A DNA stretch of 32,000 nt from Allobaculum fili (GCF_020969955.1 NZ_JAHDSX010000019.1:1-32000); one strand, 5' to 3'; positions 1 through 8,123 are shown, counted from the first letter of the stretch. Program-made: numbers and translations. The notes: generated from the letters alone by a model not told the origin.

Positions 1-63
1 TCAATAGATTTTTAGAAAAAAGTGAAAAAACTCGAATCATTCGAGATTTGACTTGAAGAGTAG

Positions 64-100
64 AAAAAAGACCACATCACTGCTTAACGCTGATGTGGTC
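64..100 (-). terminator. Terminator-like hairpin oriented to the minus strand (orphan)
   Basis: Perfect 10-bp stem gaccacatca (70-79) / tgatgtggtc (91-100). It is preceded on the + strand by AAAAAA (64-69), a U-tract only for a minus-strand transcript. No minus-strand gene lies upstream of it. Confidence 0.4.
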
Positions 101-137
101 TGAGAAATCTTAACTTAATGACATTGGGAAAATTATT

Positions 138-605
138 ATGAAAAAGATTTTAACGACTCTTCTGTCTCTCACAATGATGCTGGTCCTTGCTGCATGCTCC
201 GGCGGAAACAACGGCGGAAGTGCAGCGAAAACGACAGCGGTTTCCGGCGACAAGGTAACGGCAGAACTTCCTTCCGGCTGGAGCCTGGTGACCGGCACCG
301 ACATGAACGGGAATGACATGGCGGACTTCATCTGCCATGCCGAGGAATTTGAATATGGCGATCCCTATCTGCAGGTAGAAGAGTATACGAAGGATCTGGA
401 CAGTGCGAAGGAGCTTCTGGAATCCGGCGATCCCTATGGAACCTACGATGGAGAAAAAGAGCTGACGAACGGCACCTGGTATGTGGCCGAAAATGCAGCC
501 AGCGCACAGATTGGCGAAAAAGTGTTTATTGTAAAAGGCTACGAGTGTGATTTTGGAAGTGATGAAGTACAGAGTATTCTCGGCACTCTCCAGTGGACGA
601 AATAA
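138..605 (+). CDS. Putative secreted lipoprotein, function unknown
   Basis: N-terminus MKKILTTLLSLTMMLVLAACSGG is a signal peptide with lipobox LAAC. The ORF is followed by a + strand terminator. The overlapping minus-strand ORF 150-617 has no such signals. Confidence 0.8.
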   Translation: MKKILTTLLSLTMMLVLAACSGGNNGGSAAKTTAVSGDKVTAELPSGWSLVTGTDMNGNDMADFICHAEEFEYGDPYLQVEEYTKDLDSAKELLESGDPYGTYDGEKELTNGTWYVAENAASAQIGEKVFIVKGYECDFGSDEVQSILGTLQWTK

Positions 606-654
606 ATCATATTGCATTATATTTGCCGTTCACAGGCACATGAAAACATCTATG

Positions 655-690
655 AACAGGGCTCTGCTTTAATGCGGCAGCCCTGTTTTT
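655..690 (+). terminator. Rho-independent terminator of the lipoprotein gene
   Basis: Stem aacagggc / gccctgtt (about 655-662 and 680-687) followed by a T-run to 690. Confidence 0.7.
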
Positions 691-788
691 ATTCAGATCC
701 GTCTGGGTATATTCCTTTCGGTCGTACTGCAAAGCAGCTGTGCTGTGCCGATATGGAGAAATGACACATGAACCTTTTACAGGAATAG

Positions 789-1290
789 AAATGCGCATGC
801 TGCGGCGGAGCCATCGAGTTTGACAGCACTGCGCAAAAGATGACTTGTCTGTATTGTCGCCCCGAGTCTGTCCTGGAGACTCTGCAAGGCTATTGAGAGG
901 CTCTGAAAATCGAGCAGCCCGACGATATGCAGTGGGAAACAACGGCGGTCGGTGAGCGGCAGCAGGGAGAATCGGAGAATTTGCGCAGTTCTATGTGCAA
1001 GTCCTGCGGCTGGACGATCGTGGGCGAAAAGACCGCCGCCGTGACGGCCTGCCCTTTCTACGGCCAACTTATGGTGATTATGGGTCGTCAGTTAGCAGGT
1101 GTGCTGCACCCGGACTAAGTCATTCCTTGTCAGCTGGATAAAAAGACGGTTAAAGCTGCGCTTATGAAGCGTTATGACAGCAAACAGCGTTTTTAAGGAT
1201 CAGAACCATATTGACGAAGTCAAGGGCATGTATATCTCGTTCTGGCTGCTTGCTGCAGATGCGGAGGCCTATGTGCGCTGTAAACGTTAA
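789..1290 (+). pseudogene. Decayed double zinc-ribbon protein gene (in-frame stops, frameshift, 3' truncation)
   Basis: One frame reads KCACCGGAIEFDSTAQKMTCLYC..., then TGA (894-896), then ...MCKSCGWTIVGEKTAAVTACPFYGQLMVIMGRQLAGVLHPD, then TAA (1116-1118), then VIPCQLDKKTVKAALMKRY. A frame change near the T-run at 1190-1197 leads to KDQNHIDEVKGMYISFWLLAADAEA, ending at 1290. The second CxxC knuckle has lost a Cys (CPFYG). The pattern matches a common Firmicutes zinc-ribbon family that is normally much longer. Confidence 0.6.
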
Positions 1291-1616
1291 TTTCCCCAAA
1301 CAGGTACTCACAGCAAAGCAGTTTCTGGAATAGGAACTAAACGAATGAGAACAAACATCTCCTTTTATGGAGAATTTTTCCGAAGAACCGAGGCACGCAT
1401 ATTTTTGATTTAGCCAAGCTGGGACTGACCAGTCAGGAGCAGCTGAACATCGCCATCTCGCCTGTCAACTCAGATGGATTAAAAAGTCTGCACGGTCATA
1501 CACCGTACGATTATTTCTGCTTTCTGGAAAAATCTTCTGAAATTCTGGAAAAGCCAGGAATCAAAAAAACAGATCCGGCTTCTGTCCACTTGAAGCCAGA
1601 TCTGTTAACTCGCTAA
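1291..1616 (+). mobile_element. IS30-family transposase remnant (C-terminal ~108 codons only, with an internal stop)
   Basis: Frame 1341-1616 reads TNENKHLLLWRIFPKN...LTSQEQLNIAISPVNSDGLKSLHGHTPYDYFCFLEKSSEILEKPGIKK...LKPDLLTR. This resembles the IS30 signature TNENTNGLLRQ[YF]FPKG and the C-terminal ...TPYE.F...LGI...L.P.LL tail. The same frame continues upstream to 1291 (..SFWNRN) across a TAA at 1338-1340. No N-terminal HTH or catalytic core is present. Confidence 0.6.
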
Positions 1617-1894
1617 ACAATAACGAGAGTTAAGAAGGAAAACGAACCCACCTGGATTCACATATTTGGCAGCTGCATTTAGTCCTTCAACTCAAAAATC
1701 TTAGCGTGGAAGCAAGGAAAAGGCGAAACGCAGCCCTGGGAAAAGCAAAATCCCCTCAGTTTCCTGGATTAGATAAAGGAAATTGAGAGGGAAAACAGAT
1801 TTTTGAAAAAGTAAACGAAACGCCCGTTTTTATCCGTTCAATAGCTGCGTTCACTATTTCAATTCACCATCTTTTGAAACACGGCGTATGAAAT

Positions 1895-2821
1895 TCAGCC
1901 GATTTTTTTGCAGTTGAGTTCGACAAAATCCCGGGTCAGCGCTTTGGGGCCAGAGACGTGAAAACGAATTACATAGCTGTCCGGCGTACGGCGGATGACT
2001 TCCCCGGCACCGATGGTCGGATGACGAATCCATGTACCGACCGCAAAGGACGTTCGGCGCTGATTGGAACGAAGATCGTTTAGAGTCTGCGCGTCTTCCT
2101 TGCGTCCAGACTGTTCCTTAATTTCGGTAATATCATTGGCCATCATGATCTTTTTGAAGCCTTCAAAATCTTTCGCTTCGTCCAGCAGGTTGAGCTGGAA
2201 CAGGGAATGGTAAATCGCGCACGCGCGTGCCTGACAGTTGATCTGCCTGTCGGGGTTGAATTCGATATCGCAGTAGGCGTCGCAGTCTCGTACGGCTGCG
2301 GCTTCTTTCGGATTTTCAAGAAGGGTGATCAGATATAGCCAGTTATAAAACAGAAAAACGGGCTCTGTCGGATATTTCTTCTTTTCCAGTTCAAAGAACA
2401 CCAGCTCGCCGGAATCGCGCAGGCGCGGATCGCGCTTGGCTTCCACGGGGGTTACGCCAAGCAAATCCACATAGGGACCGCCATGGCGAAATGCCTTGGA
2501 CGCCTGATACACATTTTCCACCGGAAACGCCTTGCGCAAAGAAGGCAGGCGCAGCGTCATGTTAAACGGGGAGAGACGCCGCCCCATTTCTTCGGTCGAT
2601 TTTGTGCTCACTTCCAGAATCGTTTTGCCAGGATGCTTTTTCTTCCATGTTTCCTGGAGCAGAGCGGAATTTTTCTGCTTCTGTGCGGGAGAAGTCCCGC
2701 TGTGCCAGTCAAATTCAACGTCTTCCTGCTGATAGAAAGGGCGTGTCAGTTTTGGAGTATATACAGGTCTAGTTGTCATGGCTTCAGTATAGTTCCCGAC
2801 AGCGCAAAAGGTTTTGCGCAT
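1895..2821 (-). CDS. Conserved-looking protein of unknown function; N-domain possibly NADAR-like (tentative), C-terminal Tudor/SH3-like HxxxGxGxV module
   Basis: 308-aa ORF with GGAGG 13 nt upstream of the ATG at 2821. Motifs: FDWHSG..QKQKN, LEVSTKS, LSPFN...PVENVYQASKAF, GGPY, FYNWLY, CDIEFNP, INCQARA. The C-terminus VGTWIRHPTIGAGEVIRRTPDSYVIRFHVSGPKAL resembles the PcrA/UvrD C-terminal (DUF3553-like) motif. Confidence 0.75.
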   Translation of the reverse strand: MRKTFCAVGNYTEAMTTRPVYTPKLTRPFYQQEDVEFDWHSGTSPAQKQKNSALLQETWKKKHPGKTILEVSTKSTEEMGRRLSPFNMTLRLPSLRKAFPVENVYQASKAFRHGGPYVDLLGVTPVEAKRDPRLRDSGELVFFELEKKKYPTEPVFLFYNWLYLITLLENPKEAAAVRDCDAYCDIEFNPDRQINCQARACAIYHSLFQLNLLDEAKDFEGFKKIMMANDITEIKEQSGRKEDAQTLNDLRSNQRRTSFAVGTWIRHPTIGAGEVIRRTPDSYVIRFHVSGPKALTRDFVELNCKKIG

Positions 2822-2949
2822 GAATCAGACAATGCCTCCATGGATGTCTTCATGGATAAGTACCAGAAACCCGGATCGACCAGAAAAGGAAACCGCTCAG
2901 AGCAGCAATCGAACCGCTGGATCGGGCGGACAGAAAAAACGATAGATTC

Positions 2950-2997
2950 AAAAAGCCATGCAAAGGAACGGCTTCGGCTTCCTGCTGCATGGCTTTT
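2950..2997. terminator. Bidirectional terminator between the TPR gene and the 308-aa gene
   Basis: Stem gccatgca (2955-2962) / tgcatggc (2986-2993). AAAAA (2950-2954) lies upstream and TTTT (2994-2997) downstream, so a U-tract is present on either strand. Confidence 0.6.
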
Positions 2998-3020
2998 CGG
3001 TTTAATCGGTTAAAGGGAGT

Positions 3021-4727
3021 TTACTGATCGTGTTCGCCGGTTTTGTGCTGCAGACGGCGGCAGAAGCGCTCAACTGGACGCGTATACCGGGGAAAGTATC
3101 GATCGTTTTCAATGAGATGGCCCAGAGCCTCTTCAATGAGCGGGGCATGGTCGCTCAGGGAATCGAGCGCGTCAAGATGATCGAGCAGCCGCTTTAAAAC
3201 GTCTTTTCCGGCATGGTCGAGATCGGATTCGTCCAGCGCGCCAAGAAGGTTGAGTTCGGCGGTACAAAGGGAGCTGAGAGCCAATAGATCGTCTCTGTCC
3301 TGCTTCCACGCGTTTTCAAAGCCCTGCTCGGCTTTTTCGTATTCGGTTTTCGCGTCTTCTTTCTGTCCGTCTTTTAAGGCGATGGTTCCCAGTTCGTTCT
3401 GGATCGAGGCCATCGTAAAGCCGAAAAAGGCGGGATCCTTGAAGGCGCATTTTTCAAATTCATCTAAAGCGCAAAGATACAGTTCCTTTTGCGTCACGTT
3501 CGCAAACGGACTGCGATCACGCCATGCTTCGACAGTTTTTGGATCGAAGGAATACGCCGCATAATAGGCGACCCGTCCGAGGTATTCCCGGGAAGAGACC
3601 GGAGAATGCAGAAGGAACTCCTTCTGATCGATCCACGCCTGCAAAAACGCAGGGAACGGATTTTCAGGACGGCTTTCCGCCTGATACAGAGCGGACAGGC
3701 CTTCGATGTAGTGAATGCGGCTTTTCCAGTAGAGCCGGGCCGGCCATTCGACGCGTTCGGAAATTTCGATGGCTTGGTCGAGGAGCGCGTCAACGAGCGT
3801 ATCGCGAAGGGAAACGGCTGTATGGCTAGAAGCATGGTCAGAGGTGCGTTCCGTTTTGCGGTCTTTTTTATTGAGCAGCGGATGATGAGCGAGCTGCTGA
3901 ATGCTGTCGTCCATTTCTTCCTGCTGGATCAGACAGTTGGCAAAGGAAAGCAGAATTTCCAGATGGCAGGCCGAAAGATCGACAATGTGCTCATCCTTGA
4001 GGCGATCGAGCTGATCCATGGCGTCCAGGTAAATGCGGTTGGCGTTTTCAAAATCTTCGGCGCCTTCATAGACGTCCGCCAGATTGTTCAGAATCAGAGC
4101 CTTGCGCAAAGGGCGCCAGTTTTCTGGAGTGCTGTCGGTACACTCCAGCGCTTTCTGGTAGGCGGCAATGGCTTCTGGATAGGAATACAGAACCGAAAGC
4201 AGATCGGCCTGCAGCGTCCACGCCTCGCAAAGCGCATTTTGCAGGGAGGATATGTATTTTGCCCCGGCAATAAAGCTCTGTATTGTCTGAAGCGCGTCGC
4301 TCGTTTTGCCCTGCTCATACAGCAGCCATGCGCTGGCCAGATCGTAAAAGGCCAGCAGCGGGCGCAGGGCGGCTGGATTGGTCTTGCCCTGAACGCGTTC
4401 CAGATCAGCTTTGGCCTGCTCCCGAAACTGGCTGGCTTTTTTGAGATGTCCGGTCTGCGTATACAGACGACAGAGACGCAGACAGACATGCGCTTCAAAC
4501 AGAGGCGTCGGTGCACATTCTAGAGCTGCCATAAAAGCGTCTTCAGCTTTTTTATACTGCTGAAGGCCGGCCAGACACTGTCCATACGTCAGCTGCAGCC
4601 AGGGCGAGAAAGAAAGACGAAGGCACGTTTTGACCTCGCTTCTGGCTCTGTCGTAATGGAGAGCTTTCATGTTTTTCGCAATTTCAGCCGCGCAAACTGG
4701 GGGCTTGCTGGTAAGATCGGGTTTCAT
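3021..4727 (-). CDS. Tetratricopeptide (TPR)-repeat, all-helical protein, cytoplasmic
   Basis: Long ORF with repeated A/L/Y-rich helical TPR-like units (for example YKKAEDAFMAALE, YPEAIAAYQKALE, FENANRIYLDAMD). The track start at 4802 is a TTG lying upstream of a minus-strand terminator, so I place the start at ATG 4727 (MKPDL...). ATG 4670 is an alternative. Confidence 0.75.
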   Translation of the reverse strand: MKPDLTSKPPVCAAEIAKNMKALHYDRARSEVKTCLRLSFSPWLQLTYGQCLAGLQQYKKAEDAFMAALECAPTPLFEAHVCLRLCRLYTQTGHLKKASQFREQAKADLERVQGKTNPAALRPLLAFYDLASAWLLYEQGKTSDALQTIQSFIAGAKYISSLQNALCEAWTLQADLLSVLYSYPEAIAAYQKALECTDSTPENWRPLRKALILNNLADVYEGAEDFENANRIYLDAMDQLDRLKDEHIVDLSACHLEILLSFANCLIQQEEMDDSIQQLAHHPLLNKKDRKTERTSDHASSHTAVSLRDTLVDALLDQAIEISERVEWPARLYWKSRIHYIEGLSALYQAESRPENPFPAFLQAWIDQKEFLLHSPVSSREYLGRVAYYAAYSFDPKTVEAWRDRSPFANVTQKELYLCALDEFEKCAFKDPAFFGFTMASIQNELGTIALKDGQKEDAKTEYEKAEQGFENAWKQDRDDLLALSSLCTAELNLLGALDESDLDHAGKDVLKRLLDHLDALDSLSDHAPLIEEALGHLIENDRYFPRYTRPVERFCRRLQHKTGEHDQ

Positions 4728-4735
4728 CAAGAGAA

Positions 4736-4764
4736 AGCATAAGCAATCCGGAACGCTTCGACAA
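4736..4764 (-). promoter_or_regulatory. Candidate sigma-A promoter of the TPR gene, possibly leaderless
   Basis: The minus strand reads TTGTCG, 17 nt, TATGCT, then 8 nt to ATG 4727. There is no Shine-Dalgarno sequence before that ATG. Confidence 0.3.
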
Positions 4765-4795
4765 ACAAAAAGAACGCCCGATCGGGGAGCGTTCT
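4761..4795 (-). terminator. Rho-independent terminator of the beta-lactamase-fold gene
   Basis: The minus strand reads agaacgc-tccccgatcgg-gcgttct followed by ttttgtttgt. The stem lies at 4771-4777 / 4789-4795. Confidence 0.65.
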
Positions 4796-4811
4796 TTCGC
4801 AAAATTCGATT

Positions 4812-6128
4812 TTAGTCTTCTTCGGCAGCCTCTTCGGCCATGCTCTGCTCTTCAGAAGTCAGATCCGGGAGAGTCTGTCCTTCTGGACCCGGACGGTAGT
4901 AGATGACATCGACCGGTGCGGACATCTGGCTGTTGAGCATATTGATGTAGGCGGCATCCTGATTGGCGTAGTAGCCGGAATTGTACTTGTTGACGAAGTA
5001 GTTGTTGACGAGAACGCCAAGATCCGCAATCGCGTTCAGACCTTCCTTCTTGCCGATAGACGAGAAGATGGAAATGGAGAACGGAGCCGGTCCGTTGGAA
5101 ATGGCCAGCGTGTTTCGAACGGCGTTGATGTTTCCAATTTTCTGGATGTAATGACCGCTCAGATCGCGGTTGAGGAACGTATTGAGCGACGCGTTTTGCA
5201 GCCAGTACTTCAGATCGTTGAACGTACCTGGCGTTTTGTACAGCTTGTACAGAAGATGCATCGTGTAGTCGGCATTCAGTACGTTGTAACGTTCGTTGTA
5301 AAACTCCGGTGCCTGCGGAGACGGGGAATACTTGGAAACGAGTTCCTTGAATTTCTCATAGCCGCCAAGGTTTTCGTAAAGCATGTGGCCGGCAATGTTG
5401 TCGGAATACAGCAGTGCGGCTTCGAGAAGTTCGTCGATCTGAATTTTATCGCCGACTTTGAACTTGCGGTGAATCGGCTGGTTCAGGTTTTCCTTATCTT
5501 CTTCTTCCCGCATTTCTTCGGAGTATTCGAGCGAGTCGTTCGGATTGATCCGTCCGGCTTCGATTTCTTCGTAGTAATACATGCAAAGGGGAAGCTTGTA
5601 TGTGGAGGCGGCGGTGAAATTGGTTTTTGCATTGTCCGATTCAATGTAGGCATCCGTCGTCAGATCCATGACCGACCAGGAAAATTTGGACTGGTCAATG
5701 TTATGCGAATTCAGATAGTCGAGAATCTGCGCTTTCAGATCCGCGAGTTCGGCACCGCTGGTCGAACGTTCAATTTCCGATTTCACTGCATTCAGTTTTT
5801 CAAGCTCCTTAGCCGTAATTCCGTTAACGCCAGCCTGTGAAGCCTGACTGGACGAGCTGGCCTTGGAAGAAGCGGAAGACGAAGCGGAAGACAGGGAGGC
5901 GCCTGCGTTCTCCGCTGGTTTTGGCGAGAACAACCCGGCGACAGCGCGCATGCCGGCATAGCCGCCGTAGCCCACGAGGCCAACGGCGATGCATACGGCT
6001 ACAAGGACGATGGCAAGCCGGGGCGGATCGTAGCGGCGCTTTCGCTTCTTTCTTTTAGGAACGACATTCGAGCCCGGCCTGGAGGCGGATCGTGTCGATT
6101 TTTTTCTTACAGGTTTATCGGATCGCAT
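4812..6128 (-). CDS. Membrane-anchored class-A beta-lactamase-fold serine hydrolase (PBP/beta-lactamase-like)
   Basis: Contains an SxxK motif (ASTYK), an SDN motif (YSDN) and KIG in place of KTG. A basic N-terminal tail is followed by one TM helix (LAIVLVAVCIAVGLVGYGGYA) and a Ser-rich linker. The start is ATG 6128; the track start at 6164 is a TTG. Confidence 0.8.
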   Translation of the reverse strand: MRSDKPVRKKSTRSASRPGSNVVPKRKKRKRRYDPPRLAIVLVAVCIAVGLVGYGGYAGMRAVAGLFSPKPAENAGASLSSASSSASSKASSSSQASQAGVNGITAKELEKLNAVKSEIERSTSGAELADLKAQILDYLNSHNIDQSKFSWSVMDLTTDAYIESDNAKTNFTAASTYKLPLCMYYYEEIEAGRINPNDSLEYSEEMREEEDKENLNQPIHRKFKVGDKIQIDELLEAALLYSDNIAGHMLYENLGGYEKFKELVSKYSPSPQAPEFYNERYNVLNADYTMHLLYKLYKTPGTFNDLKYWLQNASLNTFLNRDLSGHYIQKIGNINAVRNTLAISNGPAPFSISIFSSIGKKEGLNAIADLGVLVNNYFVNKYNSGYYANQDAAYINMLNSQMSAPVDVIYYRPGPEGQTLPDLTSEEQSMAEEAAEED

Positions 6129-6351
6129 ATACCTGATCTTATAAAAAGACGGACGTAAGTTCAATAAGCACCCATGGATTGCGTTGCTTTTCTCATCGTG
6201 TTTTCGCTGTTCTCAAAAGGAGAGAGGATCATTTCTTTCCTGTCGCGGACTGTAATCGTTTACCTCTTTATCTTGCCGCCTTACGGCAATTTTTAAGACG
6301 TTCCATAAAACGCCGGGGCCAACGGCGGCAACGCAACAGGAGCAGGAACCG

Positions 6352-6391
6352 AAAACGGATAAGAACAGAAAAAAACGGATAAGAACAGAAA
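6352..6391. repeat. Perfect 20-bp tandem duplication (aaaacggataagaacagaaa x2) inside a ~75-nt polypurine tract
   Basis: Read directly: 6352-6371 is identical to 6372-6391. The surrounding 6343-6420 is almost entirely A/G on the + strand. It lies between the FemAB terminator and the start of the beta-lactamase-fold gene. Confidence 0.95.
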
Positions 6392-6426
6392 AGAGAAGAA
6401 AAGGGAAAACGCAGGCGGAAAAACGC

Positions 6427-6454
6427 AAAAAAGCGGACAGATTTCTCTGCCCGC
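6427..6454 (-). terminator. Rho-independent terminator of the FemAB-family gene
   Basis: The minus strand reads gcgggcag-agaaat-ctgtccgc followed by tttttt. The stem lies at 6433-6440 / 6447-6454. Confidence 0.6.
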
Positions 6455-6472
6455 CGTATGGATCGAATAACT

Positions 6473-7840
6473 TTATTTTTCGAGCATACCGCTGCGAATT
6501 TTGTTTCGGAATGTTTTTCCAAGCAGGGGATGGAGTACCATCGTAAACTCACCGCAGTACTCCCCGGCGGTCGCGCCAAGATTTTTCTTGAAGTAGAAGA
6601 CGCCGTAGCCTTCTTCATCCGGTTTGAAAAAGCCGGAAATGCCCCAGAAGTTGTAGCGGCGCAGGTTGTGTTCCAGAGCCAGGCGGATCATCGCTTTCTG
6701 GGTTACATACGGCCCCATGAAACGGGCGAGATCCGGGCGGCTGCCGCCGTAGAGATAAACCATTTCCGAAGGCGTTTCAAAGAAGATGCCGCCGGCCAGC
6801 GGAATCCGATCGGCCGGCTCGGCTTTTCTGAGTTCTACAAGAGCTTCCATCTCCTTTTCGTTATGGGCTTTCTGCTCCTGAATTTCCAGCAGCTGATTGC
6901 GCTTCTTTTTCGAATTGGGCATTGCCTCGCAGACGGCCTGCGCTTCTTTTTCCTTTTCGGAAAATTCCTTTTCCTTTTCCTCTAAATACGTACGGTAAGC
7001 CGGAACGTTTAAAGCGGAAATGCAGACATAGCCGTGCGGCCCAAACGATTCGAGCAGTTCCTGCCGGCCGGCCGTCGAACCGGAATTGAAGTTATGCTTC
7101 TGGGCGCTCTGTTCGAGAAGCGTGTCAAATTCGGAAAGATCGGAATTTTCATCCCCGCGGGTAATGGTGTATTCGAGGTAGGGAAGGTCCGCTTTCTGAA
7201 AGGAACGGCGGGTGTTGCCGGCCATTTCCTTCATCAGCTCAGGCCAGGTATACATTTCATGCGGCCGGTCGAGTGCGATTGGAAAGCCTCTGGAAATTTC
7301 GGGAAGATTTTTCTGCAAGTCGATCCAGGACACCCAGCGGGACTGGAACCGTTCATCGTAGCCGCGCCAGAGCTTTGTCTTTTCAAAGCCGAGGCCAGCC
7401 AGAAGGTCGCGGTAGCTTTCGTTGCAGAAGAGACCTTCAACGACATCGCCGTTTTTATCGTGCGGCTGGTATTCTACGCTGCTTTCAAGCAGCCACAGCA
7501 GTGCCCCTTCTTTTTTGAGCGTCTGTCGCATGCCGGAAACAAACTGTTCGAGTTTCACGGGATCCTGGGCGAGTTCCGGGGAGGCACTGACCCATTCGCG
7601 CGGGGAAGACGCGTAAGTAAACAGGCGGAAGGCAGGACGGAAGATGGCGTAAATCGCATACAGGATTTTTCCGTCTTCTTCGCCGGCGTAGTAGCGGACA
7701 GTTTCATGCGCTTCGTGCGCGCGGGCAAAGTCGCCGCTCTGCAGGAAGCTGTAAGCCATATGCGAGTCGTTCAGAAACTTCGCATACTGCTCGTACGTCA
7801 GGGTTCGTATATTCAAGAGCAGACCTCTCTTTCTAGTCAT
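6473..7840 (-). CDS. FemAB-family peptidoglycan interpeptide-bridge aminoacyltransferase
   Basis: 455-aa ORF with the typical FemA/FemX layout: two GNAT-like lobes separated by a charged coiled-coil insert (EEKEKEFSEKEKEAQ...NEKEMEALVELRK). The C-terminus reads YNFWGISG...GVFYFKKNLG. ATG 7840 lacks an RBS. TTG 7816 is preceded by GAGAGG and may be the true start. Confidence 0.85.
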   Translation of the reverse strand: MTRKRGLLLNIRTLTYEQYAKFLNDSHMAYSFLQSGDFARAHEAHETVRYYAGEEDGKILYAIYAIFRPAFRLFTYASSPREWVSASPELAQDPVKLEQFVSGMRQTLKKEGALLWLLESSVEYQPHDKNGDVVEGLFCNESYRDLLAGLGFEKTKLWRGYDERFQSRWVSWIDLQKNLPEISRGFPIALDRPHEMYTWPELMKEMAGNTRRSFQKADLPYLEYTITRGDENSDLSEFDTLLEQSAQKHNFNSGSTAGRQELLESFGPHGYVCISALNVPAYRTYLEEKEKEFSEKEKEAQAVCEAMPNSKKKRNQLLEIQEQKAHNEKEMEALVELRKAEPADRIPLAGGIFFETPSEMVYLYGGSRPDLARFMGPYVTQKAMIRLALEHNLRRYNFWGISGFFKPDEEGYGVFYFKKNLGATAGEYCGEFTMVLHPLLGKTFRNKIRSGMLEK

Positions 7841-7893
7841 AAAAGAAGATTCGAAGACCGTGCAAAAGGCGCGATCGTCGAATAAGCGTATTC

Positions 7894-7902
7894 ACTATAC
7901 CA
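7894..7902 (-). promoter_or_regulatory. Extended -10 element (TGgTATAGT) upstream of the FemAB gene
   Basis: The minus strand reads ttttcaaaaTGgTATAGTgaat, about 50 nt upstream of ATG 7840. Confidence 0.35.
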
Positions 7903-7974
7903 TTTTGAAAATGGATCGCTGAAACCGGCACGCAGCGATGAATGCGACCTGGAAAATTCGTGAAATCTTAGGGC

Positions 7975-8004
7975 TTGCGTTTTTTAGGAAATACCCTGTA
8001 TAAT
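7975..8004 (+). promoter_or_regulatory. Candidate upstream promoter (P1) of the tRNA cluster
   Basis: TTGCGT (7975-7980), 18 nt, TATAAT (7999-8004). Confidence 0.4.
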
Positions 8005-8094
8005 CCCGATTGTCTTCTTCAGGACAGCCAGACGGCTGCCGGAAAAGACCGTCGGATGACCCGATCGAGCGGCTCAAAAAATTAAAAAATTGAG

Positions 8095-8123
8095 TTGCAC
8101 CGATTTGGAAAACCTGATATATT
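8095..8123 (+). promoter_or_regulatory. Candidate proximal promoter (P2) of the tRNA cluster
   Basis: TTGCAC (8095-8100), 17 nt, TATATT (8118-8123). An A-rich UP-like tract (aaaaaattaaaaaatt) lies upstream. The first tRNA starts about 47 nt downstream. Confidence 0.55.

Noticed and set aside
4728-4802. 25-residue N-terminal extension of the TPR ORF from TTG 4802
   Set aside because: The extension spans the Rho-independent terminator of the upstream gene and encodes a Cys/Phe-rich peptide unlike the rest of the protein.
6352-6391. Tandem 20-bp repeat considered as a CRISPR or minisatellite array
   Set aside because: There are only two contiguous copies with no spacers and no cas genes. It is a simple tandem duplication.
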